DNA of 63,367 bases, filler included, from Octopus bimaculoides (Eukaryota), in assembly GCF_001194135.2 (NCBI RefSeq). It is 7 parts of 6 records of this genome, joined end to end, with 100 filler letters (N's around TTAATTAATTAA, not from the genome) between each part and the next. Parts side by side here need not be neighbours in the genome. Positions count along the whole stretch, not along the records: positions 49,696 to 62,095 come from NC_068981.1; positions 62,196 to 63,367 come from NC_068990.1; 5 more parts are not named here. One strand, given 5' to 3'. Positions within the stretch are counted from its first letter, which is position 1. Each line of letters starts with the position of its first letter. The position numbers were made by a program, and so were the translations under genes. The notes beneath the pieces were generated by a model. That model saw only the letters and a program-made list of their open reading frames with translations, searched no databases and was not told the DNA's origin. Shown piece after piece: positions 49,596 through 63,367 of the stretch.

Positions 49596-50555
49596 NNNNN
49601 NNNNNNNNNNNNNNNNNNNNNNNNNNNNNNNNNNNNNNNTTAATTAATTAANNNNNNNNNNNNNNNNNNNNNNNNNNNNNNNNNNNNNNNNNNNNAAAAA
49701 TAAATACAAAAAAGGTGGGGGGTTTTTGTATGATTGTGTATAGAGGAATATATTATTTTGCTTAAAAGAGTTCCAACACTGTCTGTTTTTTATGTTTTAT
49801 TTATATTCCTGCAGAACTAATGTGGGGTATAGAATATGGAATATACAATATATAATATGATATACAATATACAATATAAAATAAAATAAAATAAAAATGG
49901 ATGGCACCATGAAAGAAAGTATTGTATATATATATATATATATATATACAGGTAAGAAGAGTTAGCGGTTGGAATATGTCTAAGGAATAAGAATATCTGT
50001 TCTTAGTACTGATGTCAGTTACTTATGGTACCGCTGAGCACGGGTATGCAAGCACATTATGCTCATAGGGTACAGGTAATACCTGAAGGAACACAAGTTT
50101 ATCCAGTATCATTAAACGAGCAGAAAATGAAAAAAAACTTTTGATCAACAGACAAACAAATTGACCAACATCGGTTAATTATTTTTTACTACAAAGCTTA
50201 ACATTACATTAGAGTTTAAATACAATTGGCATCTTAAAACGAGAACTGTTCCTCTTATTGTAGGTACACTAGTTATGATAAAAAAAGAAAAGAAAAGTGA
50301 TGTCAGAAACATCTAGATAACAACCCAGGAGAACCATGTCACAGTGAAATTCAAACGACTGTGCGACAATACTGCCCGAATCCTAAGAAAAACCTGACCA
50401 TTTAAATGTCTGTGTTGTATTACATGAAGATATTTCACTAGCTCCCCTCCTCAAGCTTTCAGTCATATTGTAACATCTCTTATCCTTCACTCGTACCAAG
50501 ATGCTGGGTGTGTCTGGGCATGTGACCGTAACAAACATGCAGATTAATAATAATA

Positions 50556-50617
<62 letters not shown>

Positions 50618-50619
50618 TA

Positions 50620-50755
50620 ATTCGTTTTATTGGCCACAAGGGCTAATATCAATAAAAAACATATAAGGAGAAAGACAGGACGAAGATTACAAAAGGTTTT
50701 GTCCGAAAAGGTAGGAAAGTTCGTCTAAACATATGAAGAAAACGGAGAAAGATAT
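50620..50755 (-). mobile_element. LINE 3' terminus with AATAAA and (ATT)n tail
   Basis: Minus strand CCCTTGTGGCCAATAAAACGAATTAATTATTATT. Family not certain. Confidence 0.5.
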
Positions 50756-50789
50756 AATAAATAAATAATAATAATGATAATAATAATAA

Positions 50790-50840
<51 letters not shown>

Positions 50841-50859
50841 TGATGATGATGATAATAAA

Positions 50860-51830
50860 TCTGAAAAGCAGATAGATCCCTTAACCAAAATAGCCCAGAA
50901 GTGTGGTAGGGCATCGGTATGGAATTTGGGGTTACCAAATGCTCAGTACTTAATAAGAAAAGTGGGAAGAAAGCAGCCGGCAGAGGATTGCGGTTATAAT
51001 CAAGAGAGACCCTGTGTGAACCCGATGGTAGTGGGCATGGATGTTTAGGGATTTTGGAGCTGGATGACATTCCACATAGAGAAATAAAAGTCAAGGTCAG
51101 CGAGGCATATCAAAAAAGGGTGAAGATGGTGTTGAAATCCAACTTGAATGCCAACATTTTGATTGCCGCAATAAATATCTGGGCAGTTGCGGTGCTTAGA
51201 TATAATGCGTCCATCCTCAAATTGACTAAGGAGGAAATATCAAAACTGGATAGGTCGAGAAATTTGTTGACGCCGCATGGGACGCTGCCTCCTAAATCAA
51301 ACGTAAACAGACTGTATATGAAAAGAAAGAATGGTGGCAGAGGACTAATTAATATAGATCATTGTATAAGGAGTGAAAGGAGAACGCCTGCCAAGTATTT
51401 GATAAGTAGTGATGAAGACCTTCTACAATATGCCACCAAAGATAAGAGTGTAAATGCAGATGAAATTATGGGCAACAAAGAATCTGTCCAAAGAGATGAG
51501 GAGAAGAGAAAAGAAGACCTTGAAATGAGAATGCATGGACAGTTTGAAAGGAATACACAAGACATCAAGAATAATGCAGATTCGTGTGCATTGCTTGAGC
51601 AAGGTGATAGGAAGTGTACCACCGAAAACCTGATCATTACTGCACAAGACCAGGCTCTCAGTAACAATTCAGTGAAGTATAACATCTATAATACTTCTGG
51701 CACCCAGAAATGCAGACTCTGTGGAAAGTGTGTGGAAAGGTAAACTCTTTCAAAATTGCGAGCTGTAGCGTTGAACTCGATCCAACATCAAATACTAATT
51801 GCACGCTATGGAGGTGCCCCAAAGTGTCCA
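50860..51830 (+). mobile_element. R4/Dong-like LINE RT thumb, post-RT region and Zn knuckle fragment
   Basis: AINIWAVAVLRYNASIL...SNVNRLYMKRKNGGRGL...MHGQF...TENLIITAQDQAL...KCRLCGK. Preceded by a long (TAA)n. Confidence 0.9.
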
Positions 51831-53949
51831 CAAGCGAGGAGTAGAAACTGTCAAAACGTGTGAGTATGAACACATATACTGGAAAGGAATATATTTTGTG
51901 TACGTATTTGCTTGTATGCACTTGTGTGTGTGTTTGTGCGTGTTTGTCTGTGTCTGTATGTATGTGTATGTCTGTCTGGGTGTGTATCTGTCTGTCTGAC
52001 CGTTTGTCAGTGTGTGTGAGTGCGCGTGTTTGTGAGCTTGTGTACGCGGGTGCAATTTTTTGTGATGTGTGTTTGCGTGTGTCCATGAATGTGTCTGTAT
52101 GTAACGGATGGCTGTGTTTCAAGTATAAATGAGGACACTTATGATTTAGTGCGGAGATAGAATTATCAAACTTATATGATATATGTTGCTGTCAATCTGA
52201 ATTAAATCTTCTGAAACGGTGATATAAAAACATTTTTGTTTCTAGCATTTGGAAGCAAAGCTCATATAAAATAAGATATGGATCATGTCAATTTACATGA
52301 ATTTTTACGACTAGTATATTAAAACATGTTTTGATAAATTATAAATGTAGAAGGTTGTTTGAAGACCATTGATTTATTGATTTAATCTGATGTGACATAT
52401 ATTAAAAACTTATTAATTGACCGTCAAGGGGAACAAACTGACAAAGGAGGACTTGCTAGGTACAGAAGAGTAGCTGTATTTCAGTGTTGATACGGAATGC
52501 CGAAGATGTCTCGATAGTATTTATTTCATTACTGTAGAAACTAAATAAGGTTTAGTATGGTTTTAATTCAGAAAATATTTAAAAAATATAGCAAAGATTA
52601 AGAATACATTTAAATCGAAATATGTAAATGAATCAATGGTAGAGAGGCAAGAGTTCAACAATTGAGCATAATAAGGAAATTGGAATTGGATTCTGAGAAT
52701 GAATTGGTGAAGCTATCTGTTAATTTTACTGCAAATATATGATTGAATGACTAAGAATGAAAAAAGAAAACGTTGACGACTGACTTGCATAGAAAATGTA
52801 TTAGAGTTCTTTGAAGGAAAACAAACATTGATGAGATTCTGCTATAAATTATTGAAAGATTAGAAGATTATGGAACCGTACACAATAAAATAATAACTGA
52901 AGTGAAGGGAGCGAAGGAATGTTAGAAGGTCGCGAAACTAAGTGGTTATCAGAAATTGGTCAGTGTCCTTAATGGAAGGAGTATACGTTACACTGTTAAT
53001 GGATTGCCAGAATTAAATAAATGTGTAATTAAATAAATAAATAAATGGAATAAATCTGAGAAGTTAAATGTAGAAATCCACATAAATATATTTTGTATAT
53101 TTGTTTTGTAATCCTCAAATGGGAAATGGAATACAATCAAGACAATAAATTGAATTTAAATATTAATGTATGAGGAGGAATTGCAGGAGCCTTTAATTTA
53201 TTAGATTAAGCTAATGTGAAGTCAAGATTAGGAACTGACTAAATAAGGAAAAGTATTATCTTCTAGTAGCTAAAGAGTAGAAGCTATTATGTAGCATGAA
53301 TAAGAATTTTCAAGTAGACAAAATAGAAATACCAAAGGAAACATAAGTATATGAATGAAGGATAGCAAACGCTAGAGAGAAAATATATTGTATCATTTTA
53401 ATGTCATACTCTTCAGACAACAGAATATATAAAAGACGTTTATCTCATATAAATATGCAAAAATTGCCAGTACATAACATATGTTCAGATATTTAATGTG
53501 GACAGATAAGCACCATCAACGATTGCTACTCTCATGGCTGTGTTGTATCACCTTGAAATCATCACAGGGACCCTACTTACAAATATATTATTATACAACA
53601 CTTTATCGAGATAGCATTTTCTTGGAAACCCATTCTATGTGTAAGTGTGTACATCAGATACAAAAAGTAAATGCAACATTATAAGGAAACCAAAAACACT
53701 GCATCTTTTTGGGTGGATATAATGCGCGGTTGTGAAAAAAAGAAAACAGCGAAATCAGCTGAACTCTATCGTTGGCACCATGATACCGTCCGTGGCTGAC
53801 AACGGTTCCAGATTCTTGATTTTCTATATATATTTTCATTTCCTCGTAAATGTCCTTTGATCGTAATATTATGCAGAAAAATGGTGGACATCTCCGTAAT
53901 ATATCTCTAAAAACGATAGTTATGTCATGTCTCTTAGAAGGGGAATGGA

Positions 53950-54120
53950 AAATATCTATTTCAATCATTCGTATGTTCACAAAAGACATTAGTTCAGTCG
54001 TGTACGTGGGGAAGACAGTTATCAAGATAAAACTTTAAAATGTGAAATAACGCAAAACCTCTTTGACACTAGCAATGTTAACGAAAACAGCATTAGAGAA
54101 TTGTTTCAGACGTAAAGAAC
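53950..54120 (+). mobile_element. Possible decayed PLE GIY-YIG remnant
   Basis: Only the VVYVGKT motif; otherwise heavily degraded. Confidence 0.25.
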
Positions 54121-55229
54121 CGATATTCTGCCATGTATCCAGAAACATATCAATCAATACGCGAGTGAATTCAAAGACACAGAGATTAAGACAGCCGGAA
54201 ACAATACAAAAGATGTAGTGAACAATGGTTATGCTCAACACAGAAGCTATAATAGATAAGTGATGGGAACAGAATGTTAAGTGAGATAATACACATGACG
54301 TTAAAGAGATACATAAACTGGATTGACGGACAATAAAATAAATACTGGATGTGAGGCTCTAGGAAAGATTTCGGAAACCATCTACAGAGTATTCAAATAA
54401 TACTTAGCAGCGGAAGAATGCCGGTAAAAGATAAATATTATAAATATTCAAAGGTATATATGGACAGAAAGAAAAAAAAAACGGTTGAAACATTTCATTT
54501 AAGTAACAAATCATAGAAACCGATGAGTGATTTACGAGAGACAAATTTTTACGTAGTCTTGAGGTTGATTTTGATAAAAAACTTTTAGACATTCGGAGAT
54601 GAAAATGTATCATTGCAACTTTAGCTTNNNNNNNNNNNNNNNNNNNNNNNNNNNNNNNNNNNNNNNNNNNNNNNNNNNNNNNNNNNNNNNNNNNNNNNNN
54701 NNNNNNNNNNNNNNNNNNNNNNNNNNNNNNNNNNNNNNNNNNNNNNNNNNNNNNNNNNNNNNNNNNNNNNNNNNNNNNNNNNNNNNNNNNNNNNNNNNNN
54801 NNNNNNNNNNNNNNNNNNNNNNNNNNNNNNNNNNNNNNNNNNNNNNNNNNNNNNNNNNNNNNNNNNNNNNNNNNNNNNNNNNNNNNNNNNNNNNNNNNNN
54901 NNNNNNNNNNNNNNNNNNNNNNNNNNNNNNNNNNNNNNNNNNNNNNNNNNNNNNNNNNNNNNNNNNNNNNNNNNNNNNNNNNNNNNNNNNNNNNNNNNNN
55001 NNNNNNNNNNNNNNNNNNNNNNNNNNNNNNNNNNNNNNNNNNNNNNNNNNNNNNNNNNNNNNNNNNNNNNNNNNNNNNNNNNNNNNNNNNNNNNNNNNNN
55101 NNNNNNNNNNNNNNNNNNNNNNNNNNNNNNNNNNNNNNNNNNNNNNNNNNNNNNNNNNNNNNNNNNNNNNNNNNNNNNNNNNNNNNNNNNNNNNNNNNNN
55201 NNNNNNNNNNNNNNNNNNNNATGTATATA

Positions 55230-55261
<32 letters not shown>

Positions 55262-55779
55262 AGTACGAATCATGTTAGCCTCGTTTGAGAAGTATTGAAA
55301 TGATTAACGTAAGTATAATCAAAGACAGGGAGAAGCACAAGCCATATTGCAGTAAACATGTAGCTTAAAAAGTAATCTTCTTTAATGTTGAGCTACAAAA
55401 CCTTCATGGCGTCCCTATGTCGAATTTAGTTGGGTTGGTAGTTTTTATTGAATTGCTGGGAGTGTAATTAAGTTTCTGTTCTGTTCTCTATTTTCACATT
55501 GACTGGAGAAGAAGATGCTAGATTATGCTATCGATATTTATATATATCTTGCCCTTGTACTCGTCTATCGCTAAGAGTATATCATTATTATCTTTGCTAT
55601 GTATTCGTGATACCGTTAGAAATAAATCTATGGTATGGGTTAGGAATATTTTCGTACGGAGATATTTTTCAGATCGTGTTAAAATTAAGTCAATTTTATT
55701 TCATTGTTTTTCGTTTCCTAACGAGAAAGTATCGTCTATCAAATCAAGATCAGTAAAATTAGGAGCTGGACATTTGTCT

Positions 55780-56490
55780 TACTCTTTTACTCTTTAACGT
55801 GTTTCAATCATTTGACTGTGGCCATGTTAGAGCACCGCCTTTAGTCGAGCAAATCGACCCCAGGACTTATTCTTTGTAAGCCTAGTACTTATTCTAACGG
55901 TCTCTTTTGCCGAACCGCTATGTTACGGAGACGTAAACGCCCCAGCATCGGCTGTCAAGCAATGTTGGAGGACAAAGACAAAGGCACAAACACACANNNN
56001 NNNNNNNNNNNNNNNNNNNNNNNNNNNNNNNNNNNNNNNNNNNNNNNNNNNNNNNNNNNNNNNNNNNNNNNNNNNNNNNNNNNNNNNNNNNNNNNNNNNN
56101 NNNNNNNNNNNNNNNNNNNNNNNNNNNNNNNNNNNNNNNNNNNNNNNNNNNNNNNNNNNNNNNNNNNNNNNNNNNNNNNNNNNNNNNNNNNNNNNNNNNN
56201 NNNNNNNNNNNNNNNNNNNNNNNNNNNNNNNNNNNNNNNNNNNNNNNNNNNNNNNNNNNNNNNNNNNNNNNNNNNNNNNNNNNNNNNNNNNNNNNNNNNN
56301 ATATATATATATATATATATATATATATACGATGGGCGTCTTTCTGTTTCAGTCTTCCAAATTCACTCACAAGGCTTTGGTCGGCCCGAGGCTATAGAAG
56401 AAGACACTTGCCCAAGGTGCCACGCAGTGGTCCTGAACGTGGAACCATCTGGTTCGTAAGGAAGCTACTTACCACACAGCCACTCCTACG
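55780..56490 (-). mobile_element. SINE family B spanning a gap
   Basis: Tail half 55780-55995; head half 56329-56490. Confidence 0.88.
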
Positions 56491-57124
56491 CCTAAGACAT
56501 GATTTTAAATTCTTGTTCAAAATTTTAATCGCATTCTCTGGAACAAACCTCCAAATTTCTGCATGATGTCTTTCATTCATGCTTCTTAATAGGGAAGTTT
56601 CGATGTTTTGTAGCAGAACGCTCTATTTTCTGTACCTGCATGTCGTGCAAATAGTTGGAAAAATAATGATATTGATGAAGAAAATATCTGAAATCTTATC
56701 TCAGCCACTAATAAGACTTCCTGTAAAAAGTGGAAGCATTTGGTGTTAAATGGCTATTGATAAATAGTTCACTTTATTCTAATGTTTCAGACGGCGTTTT
56801 GCAAATAATTGACAAGAACTTATGAATAAACACAGGAAAATAAATCTTTTCACAAACAATAGGGATGTAAATTGTCATAAATTGTTAACGAAATAATCAT
56901 TCCAATAGTAAAAAATATAATGTCTTTTTACCCTAAACATTTTTATCCATAAATACTTTAACTGTCTACAAATTTTTATGATCTGTCATAATCTATCTCA
57001 GTTCCCCTGAATAAATTACACTACTTAATGCACATACTGCAACAGTCTACCACATTCTATCTTTGATATTAACTTTTAACCCTTGTTTTTCTACGAAAAT
57101 TCTACTTCCAAATATTCCTTTCTA

Positions 57125-57312
57125 CTCTAGGCACAAGACCCGAATTTTTTTTTTTGGTGGGGGCAGTCCATTAGATCGACCCCAGTACGCAACTGTTACT
57201 CAATGAAAGGCAAAGTCGACCTCGGCGGAATTTGAACTCAGAAAACAAAGGCAGACGAAATACCGATAAAGATTTCGCCCGGTGTGCTAGCGTTACTGCC
57301 GGCTCACCGCCT
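57125..57312 (-). mobile_element. SINE family A
   Basis: GAAAGGCAAAGTCGACCTCGGCGGAATTTGAACTCAG...GGCTCACCGCC. Confidence 0.88.
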
Positions 57313-58677
57313 TCTGCAAATATTAAGCACACTAGTATATGTAAATATATTAACTAAATTAATAATTGATTTACGAAGATTTACGTTAAAATATTTCTTA
57401 CCAAGAGCTTTTCTGTTGTCACCCATATTTAAACACTTAATTACCTACTGTAGAGTTTCAAGCCAATGGTATTAAATATTTTACACTTTTACACTGTATG
57501 TACATAATTTAAACTACTTTTGTGTTTTAGAAATTTATATGTGCGATATTGTCAACATTTTTTTTATAAGTCAGCTAGATTTCTTTAACTTTAAAAGTCT
57601 GTTTCCTTGTTTTTCTCGACAGTTCCTATCGTAGCTCACACAGCATTTATAAATGATCCTACATTTATATTCAAATAACGTTTATTCTTCATTGGTAATA
57701 TTTCTTTCCCCCATATGCCAAATATAAGAACTCTGCTATAACGAAAACGTATGTAGATTAGTGTCTTAATATTTTACGCTTATCTACTTATTGAATTCTG
57801 ACATATCTTTAATTAGCAACAATGATTCTTTTTATAACATTTGTTATATCGACTTCGTTTAACATCGTCCTACTGTTATTCGTTCTCTTCTCCCTTAAAC
57901 TGTAATCTACTAATTATTATTTTATTTTAAGTTACTCTTTTATCACCTAAACCCTAAATAAATTTATATTACCCACTGCTGTTGATTTCCTTTGAGATGC
58001 CTCTTAAAACTTCTCTATAAAAGTTAGCAGTCATTAAATATTCCTCGTTAACTTTTAGAAATTTAGTGAATCAACTAAGAAATGAAAAGCGTTTCAATTA
58101 CAGGGAACTTTGTTAGAATCGAAATAAACTGAATATGATATCCTAATAATTCTACATAACAAATTTTAACAAAATACACGGAGGCGTATTCTTTATAAAT
58201 TCTGTTGGAGGAGAATAGCAAGGATTGGAACGCCATATGAAAGTAAATAGCCGAAATAACAGCGGAAGCCTTAGTACGCCGTTCATTAGAAATGACGAAG
58301 ACCACCACAGTCAAGTGCATATACACTCAGAATGCAACTAAGAAATACAATAATATGCGGTCCGCAACCAAGAGCAGACAGCGCGGTAACATAAATAACG
58401 CTAACACTAAAAACCGGACATTATCTGTAGATACCAAAACCAATAATTATTCTAGGACGACATTGCTCCTTCACGAAATATCCGTAATTTCCAACATCTC
58501 TAGACTGCACTATACAGCGATAGAAAAACACATTCATAAAACTAGTAGATGCCATAGAATATTTAAACACATGATGTATGTGTGTGTCTNNNNNNNNNNN
58601 NNNNNNNNNNNNNNNNNNNNNNNNNNNNNNNNNNNNNNNNNNNNNNNNNNNNNNNNNNNNNNNNNNNNNNNNNNNNN

Positions 58678-58737
<60 letters not shown>

Positions 58738-61700
58738 GAATTTTAAATCCATATTTAGTATTCTCTTTGTTGAAGGAGATCTGAAAGATAAACTAATCGA
58801 AACAAAGAGGAAACAGGCTGCACATGTTTACGTGTGGATAGCATTGACTTGTTAATGAAAATATCTATATAACTTCAATTTCCCTTCGGTGTTTTGTAAG
58901 TAACCCTCTGCAAGACATTATTGCAATTCAGCTTGGCACAAAACAGAAATGTCAAAGCCGTTTCCTTTCAACGGACTGCTACTGAAGGTTCTGAAATCTC
59001 ACCTGCCTCCTAATTTGATATTATAATTATTTGACCTAGGGCTACCGAAATATTTGTAAGACGGCCCTGAAATTTTAATAGATCTCTTGTTATTGCCGCG
59101 CCAGTAATATCAAAACAGGGTTTTCTACAGGAGTTTTAAAGTATATTGGGATTTTTAGACAAAATAGTGACAGAGCCTAAATGAAAAACGTCTGTACTTG
59201 CTTTATCTGTACTTTTTATTGTATACATAGTTCAGTGACTATATTTGATTAAAAAGTGTTTAATATAAATGCAGGATTATATCTTGAACATACGGACCCA
59301 CTTCCTTATAACTTGTATATATAAATTGGAAAGTTTACTATGTAGATCTGCCATCGAAATATTAACAAGATGTTTCAGACAGCTTTCAATTTCATCTTTG
59401 TTTTCTCTATTATAACATGTTTTCTGTGTATCTAATACATCTAAAGCGTAGTAAAGTTTTATATTCTACTACCTGACATGATTTTAACTACGGCGGAAAT
59501 GGAAATGTCAACCAGGGCTAACAATAAACGAACTTTCCTTGTTTAATTCTGTAGTATTTGAGCGAGGACTATGTTATATCAATGGCCTAAGAAAACTTAA
59601 TGTCTCACTATTTTAACAGATTTATTTAACTTTCTTGCAAACAAACATATTTCTGATGATATATAAATAAGCAAATGTATTCATCTATTTTAATTTACCT
59701 TTATAGATGTATTTCATACATTTTTTTTTTTTTTTTTTTTGGTAAGGGGCAAATTTCCTTAATGTATCTTTCATCGATTTCTAGTTTCATTATTTGAGAT
59801 ATTTTAGATAATCGGAGACGAAAAATCCTTTACAAAAAATAATAACTGGAAGCTGTTAAACATAGATTGACGCATTGCATTCGACATGAAGAAGGTGACC
59901 TTATTTTTTTGTCTTCGATCTTTATGCATTTCCAGCTCTTGCACTGAATAGTTTATAGAATTGTCCGAAATCAATTTCTTTTAGAGAAATGCACAGTATT
60001 AAGTAGCCGAGAATGCATGAAATTCCGTTACGACATATATGTTTTTATGCGCTGTTCGTATATATAAACATGTGTAGACATGCAAATTTGTAAATATATA
60101 GAGAGGGAGGAGAGTAAGATCTTCCGAGAGAAGGATAGCAGAGAGAGACAGTGAAAGAAAAAAATATCTTTATTTATAGATAATGTGCTGAAAATATTAT
60201 TTATATTTGAAGTTTAGCAATTACATTCAATAGCTTTTATTTTTGAACTGTTCTGATATTGTAGGTCGCATTTTGAGACCCTATATTTACATCATTATTA
60301 ATAAAACATTTAAATCGCATTAATTAGTTTCTTATATAGTTTAAAAGAAGGCGACGCACAATGGAGGTTACTCGTGTGAATAATGAGAACATCAATAACA
60401 CATTGTTATACATTGCGAAACGGCAATAAAATATTTAATTAATCTATAACGTTTTTTGATATTAAAGAAATAGAATCTATTTTGTACGTAGAAACGAAAT
60501 TATTTTTGTTACAAAGCTGATACATAGCTTAGAGAATTAAACAACAAATGAAGATAATTGTAATATTCAGTTGTGTATTTGACTATTTTGGAACATAAAT
60601 TAATTTGTATTTTTAACTACACCAATGGAAATATTCGCGACACTCCTGTTTATACAAAAACGATATAATAGAAGGCCTAATGACTTGAAGATTTTATTAA
60701 CGTTAATTCTCGTTAACGTCCTATGAACTTACATTTGAAATGAAAAAAGAATTATCTTTATAAAAGAATGCATTAAAATATTACATACCATTTTACGAGC
60801 CATTCGAGAACATAAGTTATGAGAAAATACTTCTTAAAGTCATTTTGTCCTCGCAGAATATAAAATATACATACTTGTACATAGATATTGCATATATGCA
60901 TGCTGAGTATATTAGGTGTTATGACCATAAATTATTCTCTTAATCTGGTTCTATCCCTTTTAATCTCTGTATGCGTACATGTGTGCGTGCGTAGCTGTAT
61001 ATACTCATATATATGTGTATGTATATATNNNNNNNNNNNNNNNNNNNNNNNNNNNNNNNNNNNNNNNNNNNNNNNNNNNNNNNNNNNNNNNNNNNNNNNN
61101 NNNNNNNNNNNNNNNNNNNNNNNNNNNNNNNNNNNNNNNNNNNNNNNNNNNNNNNNNNNNNNNNNNNNNNNNNNNNNNNNNNNNNNNNNNNNNNNNNNNN
61201 NNNNNNNNNNNNNNNNNNNNNNNNNNNNNNNNNNNNNNNNNNNNNNNNNNNNNNNNNNNNNNNNNNNNNNNNNNNNNNNNNNNNNNNNNNNNNNNNNNNN
61301 NNNNNNNNNNNNNNNNNNNNNNNNNNNNNNNNNNNNNNNNNNNNNNNNNNNNNNNNNNNNNNNNNNNNNNNNNNNNNNNNNNNNNNNNNNNNNNNNNNNN
61401 NNNNNNNNNNNNNNNNNNNNNNNATATATATATATATACATATATATGGGAATGAATCTGATAACGAATATACAAATAGTTAATCGAACAGTTCCAGGGT
61501 CTATGAAGGAATAAATAGAATATATAATAATAAAGTTGTATGTAGAAAGGTGAGGGACTATTATTCAACCAACAGTAAATTCTTTCTTTGTTTCCTATTT
61601 CTGTCTAAAACATTCCTTGGCCTGTCGCAACGACTCATAAACTCTGACGGAATTCAATATCATGTATTCCGCAACTACATAGGAATAAAATCATTGATAC

Positions 61701-62052
61701 TAGCATCGTACATACGGTTAGCACGTATGTATTGCAGTCACTGCCACAGCAATATGTGCATATGTACTCTCACAAGCATAATCATAGATGCATACAGAAG
61801 CATGCATACACGACCACAAACAGTTGTGAATATTCATACCACCTTACAAATAGATAGAAAAACTATTAGTTCTAAATCAATGGACGAGATAAATGCAGCA
61901 ACAGTACTATAGAGTAAAGTTTATTTGCCAAGTAAAGTTGTAATCGTGGTTAAAACGTATGTTACTGCTGTTTAGCCCCAGGAAAAGATATTTTCCAGGG
62001 GCTAAAGTGCAGTAACATAATAACATTTGTCCTAATCAAGACTTTACTCCAT

Positions 62053-62095
<43 letters not shown>

Positions 62096-62562
62096 NNNNN
62101 NNNNNNNNNNNNNNNNNNNNNNNNNNNNNNNNNNNNNNNTTAATTAATTAANNNNNNNNNNNNNNNNNNNNNNNNNNNNNNNNNNNNNNNNNNNNATACA
62201 TATATATACACATATATATATATATACATATATATACACATATATATATATATACATATATATACACATATATATATATATACATATATATACACATATA
62301 TATATATACATATATATACACATATATATATATACATATATATACACATATATATATATATACATATATATACACATATATATATACATATATATACACA
62401 TATATATACACATATATATGCATATATATATACACACACACATATATATATACACACACACACATATATATTTATATAAATACATACATAAATATATATA
62501 TATATATATAAATACATACATAAATATATATATATATATAAATACATATATATATATACATA

Positions 62563-62715
62563 GGCACAGGAGTGGTTGTGTTGTAAGTAGCTTGCTTACC
62601 AACCACATGGTTCTGGGTTCAGTCCTACTGTAGGCAAGTGTCTTCTGATATAGCTTCAGGCTGACCGAAGCCTTGTTAGTGGATTTGGTAAACAGAAACT
62701 GAATAAAGTCTGTCG

Positions 62716-62747
<32 letters not shown>

Positions 62748-62990
62748 AGTGAGTGTGTGTGTGTCTGTGTGTCTGCGTGCGTATGTGTTTGTGTCTGTGG
62801 CTGTGTCCCCCCACCCATTGCTTGACACTGATATTGGTGTGTTTACGTCTCCGTAACTTAGCAGTTCAGCAAAAGAGACCAATAAAATAAGTACTAGCCT
62901 TACAAAGAATAAGTCCTGGGGTTGATTTGTTTGACTAAAGGCGGTGCTAGAGCATGGCCACAGTCAAATGATTGAAACAAATAAAAAATA
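62563..62990 (+). mobile_element. SINE family B, full length
   Basis: GGCACAGGAGTGGTTG head through GGCGGTGCTAGAGCATGGCCACAGTC and an A-rich tail. Confidence 0.9.
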
Positions 62991-63209
62991 AAAGAATACC
63001 TACATTTATCATTTATGAATGTATATTTGTGTGTGTGAGTGCGTACCTGTGTCCATGTATGTGCATGTGTGTATATGTGTGTGTATGAATGTATATGTAT
63101 GTACAGAAGGAGATACAAATAGGAATATATATTCATATGTACAGACACACATATACACACAATTGCACAAACTCGCAATATAAATACATATAACTATGTA
63201 TGCATATAT

Positions 63210-63272
<63 letters not shown>

Positions 63273-63367
63273 CAGAAATGCATAGGTAACACATTGTTAC
63301 TTATGAATGACGCGTGTCACTACAGAGTTCTCAACAATCCACTATTTCACATCCCTGCTTTCGTTGG

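Noticed and set aside
56628-56712. Minus-strand segment with good acceptor and donor, open in one frame
   Set aside because: The peptide is unrecognisable and there are no partner exons; such signals arise by chance in AT-rich DNA.
58100-59200. Possible very old RTE-like RT remnant (DDIA motif near 58455)
   Set aside because: Only a few residues match; not supportable without a profile search.
1-63367. CRISPR arrays, rRNA or prokaryotic operons
   Set aside because: There is no repeat-spacer periodicity and no rRNA-like sequence; the window is eukaryotic repeat-rich DNA.

Overview
AT-rich, microsatellite-dense, gap-ridden eukaryotic scaffold. It looks like intergenic or intronic DNA from an octopod cephalopod; this is inferred from the SINE/LINE repertoire and is not proven. 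No complete host protein-coding gene is recognisable. Nearly all coding-like signal is decayed transposon: three Helitron Rep/helicase fragments, two Gypsy gag-pro(-RT) fragments plus a probable 3' LTR, a hAT transposase relic and two hAT MITEs, a near-full DD37D (maT) element and other mariner/Tc1 pieces, R4/Dong-like, RTE and L1/Tx1 LINE fragments, several Penelope-like (PLE) RT/GIY-YIG fragments, and about 20 tRNA-type SINE copies of three families. The main signal not shown by the ORF track is a set of six type I hammerhead-ribozyme folds between 11.1 and 38.0 kb, read by eye. Several have natural-looking core variants (U3-A8, U3-G8) and palindromic mini stem III, several sit next to PLE fragments or inverted repeats, and one lies inside a 315-bp non-coding unit bounded by direct repeats (retrozyme-like). 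Also notable: Dong-like LINEs sitting in (TAA)n tracts, nested insertions with a clear target-site duplication, and two candidate plus-strand small exons of an unidentified host gene.
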